Part shown: piece by piece, positions 48,501 to 60,900 of the stretch
Position numbering within the stretch: the first letter of the stretch is position 1
Layout: the number at the start of each line of letters is the position of its first letter
NCBI RefSeq assembly: GCF_009914755.1
Contig: NC_060929.1
Direction: 5' to 3' (one strand)
Source: the human T2T-CHM13v2.0 reference genome, Homo sapiens
DNA length: 64,000 bases
Translations under genes and position numbers: made by a program
The notes under the pieces: generated by a model
What the model was told of the DNA's origin: nothing
Seen by the model: the letters and a program-made list of their open reading frames with translations, nothing else
Database searches by the model: none

Positions 48501-51500
48501 TCCTTGTGTTGTGTGTATTCAACTCACAGAGTTGAACGATCCTTTACACAGAGCAGACTTGGAACACTCTTTTTGTGGAATTTGCAAGTGGAGATTTCAG
48601 CCGCGTTGAGATCAATGGTAGAAAAGGAAATATCTTCGTATAAAAACTAGACAGAATGATTCTCAGAAACTCCTTTGAGATGTGTGTGTTCAACTCACAG
48701 AGTTTAACCTTTCTTTTCATAGAGCAGTTAGGAATCACTCTGTTTGTAAAGTCTGCAAGTGGATATTCAGACCTCTTTGAGGCCTTCGTTGGAAACGGGT
48801 TTTTTTCATATAAGGCTAGACAGAAGAATTCCCAGTAACTTCCTTGTGTTGTGTGTGTTCAACTCACAGAGTTGAACTTTCATTTACACAGAGCAGATTT
48901 GAAACACTCTTTTTGTGGAATTTGCAAATGGAGATTTCAAGCGCTTTGAGGCCAAAGGCAGAAAAGGAAATATCTTCGTATAAAAACTAGACAGAATCAT
49001 TCTCAGAAACTGCTCTGCGATGTGTGCGTTCAACTCTCAGAGTTTAACTTTGCTTTTCATTCAGCAGTTTGGAAACACTCTGTTTGTAAAGTCTGCACGT
49101 GGATAATTTGACCACTTAGAGGCCTTCGTTGGAAACGGGTTTTTTTCATGTAAGGCTAGACAGAAGAATTCTCAGTAACTTCCTTGTGTTGTGTGTATTC
49201 AACTCACAGAGTTGAACGATCCTTTACACAGAGCAGACTTGTAACACTCTTTTTGTGGAATTTGCAAGTGGAGATTTCAGCCGCTTTGAAGTCAAATGTA
49301 GAAAAGGAAATATCTTCCTATAAAAACTAGACAGAATGATTCTCAGAAACTCCTTTGTGATGTGTGCGTTCAACTCACAGAGTTTAACCTTTCTTTTCAT
49401 AGAGCAGTTAGGAAACACTCTGTTTGTAAAGTCTGCAAGTGGATATTCAGCCCTCTTTGAGGCCTTCGTTGGAAACGGGTTTTTTTCATATAAGGCTAGA
49501 CAGAAGAATTCCCAGTAACTTCCTTGTGTTGTGTGTGTTCAACTCACAGAGTTGAACTTTCATTTACACAGAGCAGATTTGAAACACTCTTTTTGTGGAA
49601 TTTGCAAGTGGAGATTTCAAGCGCTTTGAGGCCAAAGGCAGAAAAGGAAATATCTTCGTATAAAAACTAGACAGAATCATTCTCAGAAACTGCTCTGCGA
49701 TGTGTGCGTTCAACTCTCAGAGTTTAACTTTTCTTTTCATTCAGCAGTTTGGAAACACTCTGTTTGTAAAGTCTGCACGTGGATATTTTGACCACTTAGA
49801 GGCCTTCGTTGGAAACGGGTTTTTTTCCTGTAAGGCTAGACAGAAGAATTCCCAGTAACTTCCTTGTGTTGTATACATTCAACTCACAGAGTTGAACGTT
49901 CCCTTAGACAGAGCAGATTTGAAACACTCTTTTTGTGCAATTGGCAAGTGGAGATTTCAAGCGCTTTGAGGTCAATGGCAGAAAAGGAAATATCTTCGTT
50001 TCAAAACTAGACAGAATCATTCCCACAAACTGCGTTGTGATGTGTTCGTTCAACTCACAGAGTTTAACCTTTCTTTTCATAGAGCAGTTAGGAAACAGTC
50101 TGTTTGAAAATTCTGTAAGTGGATATTCTGACATCTTGTGGCCTTCGTTGGAAACGGGATTTCTTCATATTCTGCTAGACAGAAGAATTCTCAGAATCTT
50201 CCTTGTGTTGTGTGTATTCAACTCACACAGTTGAACGATAGTTTACACAGAGCAGATTTGAAACACTCTTTTTGTGGAATTTGCAAGTGGAGATTTCAGC
50301 CGCTTTGAGGTCAATGGTAGAAAAGGAAATATCTTCGTATAAAAACTAGACAGAATGATTCTCAGAAACTTCTTTGTGATGTGTGCGTTCAACTCACAGA
50401 GTTTAACCTTTCTTTTCATAGAGCAGTTAGGAAACACTCTGTTTGTAAACTCTGCAAGTGGATATTCAGACCTCTTTGAGGCCTTCGTTGGAAACGGGAT
50501 TTCTTCATACTGTGCTAGACAGAAGAATTCTCAGTAACTTCCTTGTGTTGTGTGTATTCAACTCACAGAGTTGACCGATCCTTTACACAGAGCAGACTTG
50601 TAACACTCTTTTTGTGGAATTTGCAAGTGGAGATTTCAGCCGCTTTGAAGTCAAAGGTAGAAAAGGGAATATCTTCCTATAAAAACTAGACAGAATGATT
50701 CTCAGAAACTCCTTTGTGATGTGTGCGTTCAACTCACAGAGTTTAACCTTTCTTTTCATAGAGCAGTTAGGAAACACTCTGTTTCTAAAGTCTGCAAGTG
50801 GATATTCAGACCTGTTTGAGGCCTTCGTTGGAAACGGGTTTTTTTCATATAAGGCTAGAGAGAAGAATTCCCAGTAACTTCCTTGTGTTGTGTGTGTTCA
50901 ACTCACAGAGTTGAACTTTCATTTACACAGAGCAGATTTGAAACACTCTTTTTGTGGAATTTGCAAGTGGAGATTTCAAGCGCTGTGAGGCCAAAGGCAG
51001 AAAAGGAAATATCTTCGTATAAAAACTAGACAGAATCGTTCTCAGAAACTGCTCTGCGATGTGTGCGTTCAACTCTCAGAGTTTAACTTTTCTTTTCATT
51101 CAGCAGTTTGGAAACACTCTGTTTGTAAAGTCTGCACGTGGATAATTTGACCACTTAGAGGCCTTCGTTGGAAACGGGTTTTTTTCATGTAAGGCTAGAC
51201 AGAAGAATTCTCAGTAACTTCCTTGTGTTGTGTGTATTCAACTCACACAGTTGAACGATCCTTTACACAAAGCAGACTTGTAACACTCTTTTTGTGGAAT
51301 TTGCAAGTGGAGATTTCAGCCGCTTTGAAGTCAAATGTAGAAAAGGAAATATCTTCCTATAAAAACTAGACAGAATGATTCTCAGAAACTCCTTTGTGAT
51401 GTGTGCGTTCAACTCACAGAGTTTAACCTTTCTTTTCATAGAGCAGTTAGGAAACACTCTGTTTGTAAAGTCTGCAAGTGGATATTCAGACCTGTTTGAG

Positions 51501-54500
51501 GCCTTCGTTGGAAACGGGTTTTTTTCATATAAGGCTAGACAGAAGAATTCCCAGTAACTTCCTTGTGTTGTGTGTGTTCAACTCACAGAGTTGAACTTTC
51601 ATTTACACAGAGCAGATTTGAAACACTCTTTTTGTGGAATTTGCAAGTGGAGATTTCAAGCGCTTTGAGGCCAAAGGCAGAAAAGGAAATATCTTCGTAT
51701 AAAAACTAGACACAATCATTCTCAGAAACTGCTCTGTGATGTGTGCGTTCAACTCTCAGAGTTTAACTTTTCTTTTCATTCAGCAGTTTGGAAACACTCT
51801 GTTTGTAAAGTCTGCACGTGGATAATTTGACCACTTAGAGGCCTTCGTTGGAAACGGGTTTTTTTCATGTAAGGCTAGACAGAAGAGTTCTCAGTAACTT
51901 CCTTGTGTTGTGTGTATTCAACTCACACAGTTGAACGATCCTTTACAGAGAGCAGACTTGTAACACTCTTTTTGTGGAATTTGCAAGTGGAGATTTCAGC
52001 CGCTTTGAAGTCAAAGTAGAAAAGGAAATATCTTCCTATAAAAACTAGACAGAATGATTCTCAGAAACTCCTTTGAGATGTGTGTGTTCAACTCACAGAG
52101 TTTAACCTTTCTTTTCATAGAGCAGTTAGGAAACACTCTGTTTGTAAAGTCTGCAAGTGGATATTCAGACCTCTTTGAGGCCTTCGTTGGAAACCGGATT
52201 TCTTCATACTGTGCTAGACAGAAGAATTCTCAGTAACTTCCTTGTGTTGTGTGTATTCAACTCACAGAGTTGAACGATCCTTTACACAGAGCAGACTTGG
52301 AACACTCTTTTTGTGGAATTTGCAAGTGGAGATTTCAGCCGCGTTGAGGTCAATGGTAGAAAAGGAAATATCTTCGTATAAAAACTAGACAGAATGATTC
52401 TCAGAAACTCCTTTGAGATGTGTGTGTTCAACTCACAGAGTTTAACCTTTCTTTTCATAGAGCAGTTAGGAATCACTCTGTTTGTAAAGTCTGCAAGTGG
52501 ATATTCAGACCTCTTTGAGGCCTTCGTTGGAAACGGGTTTTTTTCATATAAGGCTAGACAGCAGAATTCCCAGTAACTTCCTTGTGTTGTGTGTGTTCAA
52601 CTCACAGAGTTGAACTTTGATTTACACAGAGCAGATTTGAAACACTCTTTTTGTGGAATTTGCAAGTGGAGATTTCAAGCGCTTTGAGGCCAAAGGCAGA
52701 AAAGGAAATATCTTCGTATAAAAACTAGACAGAATCATTCTCAGAAACTGCTCTGCGATGTGTGCGTTCAACTCTCAGAGTTTAACTTTTCTTTTCATTC
52801 AGCAGTTTGGAAACACTCTGTTTGTAAAGTCTGCACGTGGATATTTTGACCACTTAGAGGCCTTCGTTGGAAACGGGTTTTTTTCCTGTAAGGCTAGACA
52901 GAAGAATTCCCAGTAACTTCCTTGTGTTGTGTACATTCAACTCACAGAGTTGAACGTTCCCTTAGACAGAGCAGATTTGAAACACTCTTTTTGTGCAATT
53001 GGCAAGTGGAGATTTCAAGCGCTTTAAGGTCAATGGCAGAAAAGGAAATATCTTCGTTTCAAAACTAGACAGAATCATTCCCAAAAACTGCGTTGTGATG
53101 TGTTCGTTCATCTCACAGAGTTTAACCTTTCTTTTCATAGAGCAGTTAGGAAACACTCTGTTTGTAAATTCTGTAAGTGGATATTCTGACATCTTGTGGC
53201 CTTCGTTGGAAACGGGATTTCTTCATATTCTGCTAGACAGAAGAATTCTCAGAATCTTCCTTGTGTTGTGTGTATTCAACTCACACAGTTGAACGATGGT
53301 TTACACAGAGCAGATTTGAAACACTCTTTTTGTGGAATTTGCAAGTGGAGATTTCAGCCGCTTTGAGGTCAATGGTAGAAAAGGAAATATCTTCGTATAA
53401 CAACTAGACAGAATGATTCTCAGAAACTTCTTTGTGATGTGTGCGTTCAACTCACAGAGTTTAACCTTTCTTTTCATAGAGCAGTTAGGAAACACTCTGT
53501 TTGTAAACTCTGCAAGTGGATATTCAGACCTCTTTGAGGCCTTCGTTGGAAACGGGATTTCTTCATACTGTGCTAGACAGAAGAATTCTCAGTAACTTCC
53601 TTGTGTTGTGTGTATTCAACTCACAGAGTTGAACGATCCTTTACACAGAGCAGACTTGGAACACTCTTTTTGTGGAATTTGCAAGTGGAGATTTCAGCCG
53701 CGTTGAAGTCAATGGTAGAAAAGGAAATATCTTCGTATAAAAACTAGACAGAATGATTCTCAGAAACTCCTTTGAGATGTGTGTGTTCAACTCACAGAGT
53801 TTAACCTTTCTTTTCATAGAGCAGTTAGGAATCACTCTGTTTGTAAAGTCTGCAAGTGGATATTCAGACCTCTTTGAGGCCTTCGTTGGAAACGGGTTTT
53901 TTTCATATAAGGCTAGACAGAAGAATTCCCAGTAACTTCCTTGTGTTGTGTGTGTTCAACTCACAGAGTTGAACTTTCATTTACACAGAGCAGATTTGAA
54001 ACACTCTTTTTGTGGAATTTGCAAATGGAGATTTCAAGCGCTTTGAGGCCAAAGGCAGAAAAGGAAATATCTTCGTATAAAAACTAGACAGAATCATTCT
54101 CAGAAACTGCTCTGCGATGTGTGCGTTCAACTCTCAGAGTTTAACTTTGCTTTTCATTCAGCAGTTTGGAAACACTCTGTTTGTAAAGTCTGCACGTGGA
54201 TAATTTGACCACTTAGAGGCCTTCGTTGGAAACGGGTTTTTTTCATGTAAGGCTAGACAGAAGAATTCTCAGTAACTTCCTTGTGTTGTGTGTATTCAAC
54301 TCACAGAGTTGAACGATCCTTTACACAGAGCAGACTTGTAACACTCTTTTTGTGGAATTTGCAAGTGGAGATTTCAGCCGCTTTGAAGTCAAATGTACAA
54401 AAGGAAATATCTTCCTATAAAAACTAGACAGAATGATTCTCAGAAACTCCTTTGTGATGTGTGCGTTCAACTCACAGAGTTTAACCTTTCTTTTCATAGA

Positions 54501-57500
54501 GCAGTTAGGAAACACTGTGTTTTTAAACTCTGCAAGTGGATATTCAGACCTCTTTGAGGCCTTCGTTGGAAACGGGTTTCTTCATACTGTGCTAGACAGA
54601 AGAATTCTCAGTAACTTCCTTGTGTTGTGTGTATTCAACTCACAGAGTTGAACGATCCTTTACACAGAGCAGACTTGAAACACTCTTTTTGTGGAATTTG
54701 CAAGTGGAGATTTCAGCCGCGTTGAGGTCAATGGTAGAAAAGGAAATATCTTCGTATAAAAACTAGACAGAATGATTCTCAGAAACTCCTTTGTGATGTG
54801 TGTGTTCAACTCACAGAGTTTAACATTTCTTTTCATAGAGCAGTTAGGAAACACTCTGTTTGTAAAGTCTGCAAGTGGATATTCAGACCTCTTTGAGGCC
54901 TTCGTTGGAAACGGGTTTTTTTCATATAAGGCTAGACAGAAGAATTCCCAGTAACTTCCTTGTGTTGTGTGTGTTCAACTCACAGAGTTGAACTTTCATT
55001 TACACAGAGCAGATTTGAAACACTCTTTTTGTGGAATTTGCAGGTGGAGATTTCAAGTGCTTTGAGGCCAAAGGCAGAAAAGGAAATATCTTCGTATAAA
55101 AACTAGACAGAATCATTCTCAGAAACTGCTCTGCGATGTGTGCGTTCAACTCTCAGAGTTTAACTTTTCCTATCATTCAGCAGTTTGGAAACACTCTGTT
55201 TGTAAAGTCTGCACGTGGATAATTTGACCACTTAGAGGCCTTCGTTGGAAACGGGTTTTTTTCCTGTAAGGCTAGACAGAAGAATTCCCAGTAACTTCCT
55301 TGTGTTGTGTACATTCAACTCACAGAGTTGAACGTTCCCTTAGACAGAGCAGATTTGAAACACTCTTTTTGTGCAATTGGCAAGTGGAGATTTCAAGCGC
55401 TTTAAGGTCAATGGCAGAAAAGGAAATATCTTCGTTTCAAAACTAGACAGAATCATTCCCAAAAACTGCGTTGTGATGTGTTCGTTCATCTCACAGAGTT
55501 TAACCTTTCTTTTCATAGAGCAGTTAGGAAACACTCTGTTTGTAAATTCTGTAAGTGGATATTCTGACATCTTGTGGCCTTCGTTGGAAACGGGATTTCT
55601 TCATATTCTGCTAGACAGAAGAATTCTCAGAATCTTCCTTGTGTTGTGTGTATTCAACTCACACAGTTGAACGATGGTTTACACAGAGCAGATTTGAAAC
55701 ACTCTTTTTGTGGAATTTGCAAGTGGAGATTTCAGCCGCTTTGAGGTCAATGGTAGAAAAGGAAATATCTTCGTATAACAACTAGACAGAATGATTCTCA
55801 GAAACTTCTTTGTGATGTGTGCGTTCAACTCACAGAGTTTAACCTTTCTTTTCATAGAGCAGTTAGGAAACACTCTGTTTGTAAACTCTGCAAGTGGATA
55901 TTCAGACCTCTTTGAGGCCTTCGTTGGAAACGGGATTTCTTCATACTGTGCTAGACAGAAGAATTCTCAGTAACTTCCTTGTGTTGTGTGTATTCAACTC
56001 ACAGAGTTGAACGATCCTTTACACAGAGCAGACTTGGAACACTCTTTTTGTGGAATTTGCAAGTGGAGATTTCAGCCGCGTTGAGATCAATGGTAGAAAA
56101 GGAAATATCTTCGTATAAAAACTAGACAGAATGATTCTCAGAAACTCCTTTGAGATGTGTGTGTTCAACTCACAGAGTTTAACCTTTCTTTTCATAGAGC
56201 AGTTAGGAATCACTCTGTTTGTAAAGTCTGCAAGTGGATATTCAGACCTCTTTGAGGCCTTCGTTGGAAACGGGTTTTTTTCATATAAGGCTAGACAGAA
56301 GAATTCCCAGTAACTTCCTTGTGTTGTGTGTGTTCAACTCACAGAGTTGAACTTTCATTTACACAGAGCAGATTTGAAACACTCTTTTTGTGGAATTTGC
56401 AAATGGAGATTTCAAGCGCTTTGAGGCCAAAGGCAGAAAAGGAAATATCTTCGTATAAAAACTAGACAGAATCATTCTCAGAAACTGCTCTGCGATGTGT
56501 GCGTTCAACTCTCAGAGTTTAACTTTGCTTTTCATTCAGCAGTTTGGAAACACTCTGTTTGTAAAGTCTGCACGTGGATAATTTGACCACTTAGAGGCCT
56601 TCGTTGGAAACGGGTTTTTTTCATGTAAGGCTAGACAGAAGAATTCTCAGTAACTTCCTTGTGTTGTGTGTATTCAACTCACAGAGTTGAACGATCCTTT
56701 ACACAGAGCAGACTTGGAACACTCTTTTTGTGGAATTTGCAAGTGGAGATTTCAGCCGCTTTGAAGTCAAATGTAGAAAAGGAAATATCTTCCTATAAAA
56801 ACTAGACAGAATGATTCTCAGAAACTCCTTTGTGATGTGTGCGTTCAACTCACAGAGTTTAACCTTTCTTTTCATAGAGCAGTTAGGAAACACTCTGTTT
56901 GTAAAGTCTGCAAGTGGATATTCAGCCCTCTTTGAGGCCTTCGTTGGAAACGGGTTTTTTTCATATAAGGCTAGACAGAAGAATTCCCAGTAACTTCCTT
57001 GTGTTGTGTGTGTTCAACTCACAGAGTTGAACTTTCATTTACACAGAGCAGATTTGAAACACTCTTTTTGTGGAATTTGCAAGTGGAGATTTCAAGCGCT
57101 TTGAGGCCAAAGGCAGAAAAGGAAATATCTTCGTATAAAAACTAGACAGAATCATTCTCAGAAACTGCTCTGCGATGTGTGCGTTCAACTCTCAGAGTTT
57201 AACTTTTCTTTTCATTCAGCAGTTTGGAAACACTCTGTTTGTAAAGTCTGCACGTGGATATTTTGACCACTTAGAGGCCTTCGTTGGAAACGGGTTTTTT
57301 TCCTGTAAGGCTAGACAGAAGAATTCCCAGTAACTTCCTTGTGTTGTATACATTCAACTCACAGAGTTGAACGTTCCCTTAGACAGAGCAGATTTGAAAC
57401 ACTCTTTTTGTGCAATTGGCAAGTGGAGATTTCAAGCGCTTTGAGGTCAATGGCAGAAAAGGAAATATCTTCGTTTCAAAACTAGACAGAATCATTCCCA

Positions 57501-57900
57501 CAAACTGCGTTGTGATGTGTTCGTTCAACTCACAGAGTTTAACCTTTCTTTTCATAGAGCAGTTAGGAAACAGTCTGTTTGAAAATTCTGTAAGTGGATA
57601 TTCTGACATCTTGTGGCCTTCGTTGGAAACGGGATTTCTTCATATTCTGCTAGACAGAAGAATTCTCAGAATCTTCCTTGTGTTGTGTGTATTCAACTCA
57701 CACAGTTGAACGATAGTTTACACAGAGCAGATTTGAAACACTCTTTTTGTGGAATTTGCAAGTGGAGATTTCAGCCGCTTTGAGGTCAATGGTAGAAAAG
57801 GAAATATCTTCGTATAAAAACTAGACAGAATGATTCTCAGAAACTTCTTTGTGATGTGTGCGTTCAACTCACAGAGTTTAACCTTTCTTTTCATAGAGCA
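45518..57900 (+). repeat. Tandem 7475-bp 44-mer super-repeat (14+12+18-mer), about 1.65 copies
   Basis: a2 markers 45518/52993, 47896/55371 and 49935/57410 are all 7475 apart. Shared variants CAAGTGCTT (~47579/55053) and GAGATCAAT (~48608/56083). Confidence 0.9.
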
Positions 57901-60900
57901 GTTAGGAAACACTCTGTTTGTAAACTCTGCAAGTGGATATTCAGACCTCTTTGAGGCCTTCGTTGGAAACCGGATTTCTTCATACTGTGCTAGACAGAAG
58001 AATTCTCAGTAACTTCCTTGTGTTGTGTGTATTCAACTCACAGAGTTGAACGATCCTTTACACAGAGCAGACTTGGAACACTCTTTTTGTGGAATTTGCA
58101 AGTGGAGATTTCAGCCGCGTTGAGGTCAATGGTAGAAAAGGAAATATCTTCGTATAAAAACTAGACAGAATGATTCTCAGAAACTCCTTTGAGATGTGTG
58201 TGTTCAACTCACAGAGTTTAACCTTTCTTTTCATAGAGCAGTTAGGAATCACTCTGTTTGTAAAGTCTGCAAGTGGATATTCAGACCTCTTTGAGGCCTT
58301 CGTTGGAAACGGGTTTTTTTCATATAAGGCTAGACAGCAGAATTCCCAGTAACTTCCTTGTGTTGTGTGTGTTCAACTCACAGAGTTGAACTTTCATTTA
58401 CACAGAGCAGATTTGAAACACTCTTTTTGTGGAATTTGCAAGTGGAGATTTCAAGCGCTTTGAGGCCAAAGGCAGAAAAGGAAATATCTTCGTATAAAAA
58501 CTAGACAGAATCATTCTCAGAAACTGCTCTGCGATGTGTGCGTTCAACTCTCAGAGTTTAACTTTTCTTTTCATTCAGCAGTTTGGAAACACTCTGTTTG
58601 TAAAGTCTGCACGTGGATATTTTGACCACTTAGAGGCCTTCGTTGGAAACGGGTTTTTTTCCTGTAAGGCTAGACAGAAGAATTCCCAGTAACTTCCTTG
58701 TGTTGTGTACATTCAACTCACAGAGTTGAACGTTCCCTTAGACAGAGCAGATTTGAAACACTCTTTTTGTGCAATTGGCAAGTGGAGATTTCAAGCGCTT
58801 TAAGGTCAATGGCAGAAAAGGAAATATCTTCGTTTCAAAACTAGACAGAATCATTCCCAAAAACTGCGTTGTGATGTGTTCGTTCATCTCACAGAGTTTA
58901 ACCTTTCTTTTCATAGAGCAGTTAGGAAACACTCTGTTTGTAAATTCTGTAAGTGGATATTCTGACATCTTGTGGCCTTCGTTGGAAACGGGATTTCTTC
59001 ATATTCTGCTAGACAGAAGAATTCTCAGAATCTTCCTTGTGTTGTGTGTATTCAACTCACACAGTTGAACGATGGTTTACACAGAGCAGATTTGAAACAC
59101 TCTTTTTGTGGAATTTGCAAGTGGAGATTTCAGCCGCTTTGAGGTCAATGGTAGAAAAGGAAATATCTTCGTATAAAAACTAGACAGAATGATTCTCAGA
59201 AACTTCTTTGTGATGTGTGCGTTCAACTCACAGAGTTTAACCTTTCTTTTCATAGAGCAGTTAGGAAACACTCTGTTTGTAAACTCTGCAAGTGGATATT
59301 CAGACCTCTTTGAGGCCTTCGTTGGAAACGGGATTTCTTCATACTGTGCTAGACAGAAGAATTCTCAGTAACTTCCTTGTGTTGTGTGTATTCAACTCAC
59401 AGAGTTGAACGATCCTTTACACAGAGCAGACTTGGAACACTCTTTTTGTGGAATTTGCAAGTGGAGATTTCAGCCGCGTTGAGGTCAATGGTAGAAAAGG
59501 AAATATCTTCGTATAAAAACTAGACAGAATGATTCTCAGAAACTCCTTTGAGATGTGTGTGTTCAACTCACAGAGTTTAACCTTTCTTTTCATAGAGCAG
59601 TTAGGAATCACTCTGTTTGTAAAGTCTGCAAGTGGATATTCAGACCTCTTTGAGGCCTTCGTTGGAAACGGGTTTTTTTCATATAAGGCTAGACAGAAGA
59701 ATTCCCAGTAACTTCCTTGTGTTGTGTGTGTTCAACTCACAGAGTTGAACTTTCATTTACACAGAGCAGATTTGAAACACTCTTTTTGTGGAATTTGCAA
59801 ATGGAGATTTCAAGCGCTTTGAGGCCAAAGGCAGAAAAGGAAATATCTTCGTATAAAAACTAGACAGAATCATTCTCAGAAACTGCTCTGCGATGTGTGC
59901 GTTCAACTCTCAGAGTTTAACTTTGCTTTTCATTCAGCAGTTTGGAAACACTCTGTTTGTAAAGTCTGCACGTGGATAATTTGACCACTTAGAGGCCTTC
60001 GTTGGAAACGGGTTTTTTTCATGTAAGGCTAGACAGAAGAATTCTCAGTAACTTCCTTGTGTTGTGTGTATTCAACTCACAGAGTTGAACGATCCTTTAC
60101 ACAGAGCAGACTTGTAACACTCTTTTTGTGGAATTTGCAAGTGGAGATTTCAGCCGCTTTGAAGTCAAATGTAGAAAAGGAAATATCTTCCTATAAAAAC
60201 TAGACAGAATGATTCTCAGAAACTCCTTTGTGATGTGTGCGTTCAACTCACAGAGTTTAACCTTTCTTTTCATAGAGCAGTTAGGAAACACTCTGTTTGT
60301 AAAGTCTGCAAGTGGATATTCAGACCTCTTTGAGGCCTTCGTTGGAAACGGGTTTTTTTCATATAAGGCTAGACAGAAGAATTCCCAGTAACTTCCTTGT
60401 GTTGTGTGTGTTCAACTCACAGAGTTGAACTTTCATTTACACAGAGCAGATTTGAAACACTCTTTTTGTGGAATTTGCAAGTGGAGATTTCAAGCGCTTT
60501 GAGGCCAAAGGCAGAAAAGGAAATATCTTCGTATAAAAACTAGACAGAATCATTCTCAGAAACTGCTCTGCGATGTGTGCGTTCAACTCTCAGAGTTTAA
60601 CTTTTCTTTTCATTCAGCAGTTTGGAAACACTCTGTTTCTAAAGTCTGCACGTGGATAATTTGACCACTTAGAGGCCTTCGTTGGAAACGGGTTTTTTTC
60701 ATGTAAGGCTAGACAGAAGAGTTCTCAGTAACTTCCTTGTGTTGTGTGTATTCAACTCACACAGTTGAACGATCCTTTACAGAGAGCAGACTTGTAACAC
60801 TCTTTTTGTGGAATTTGCAAGTGGAGATTTCAGCCGCTTTGAAGTCAAAGTAGAAAAGGAAATATCTTCCTATAAAAACTAGACAGAATGGTTCTCAGAA

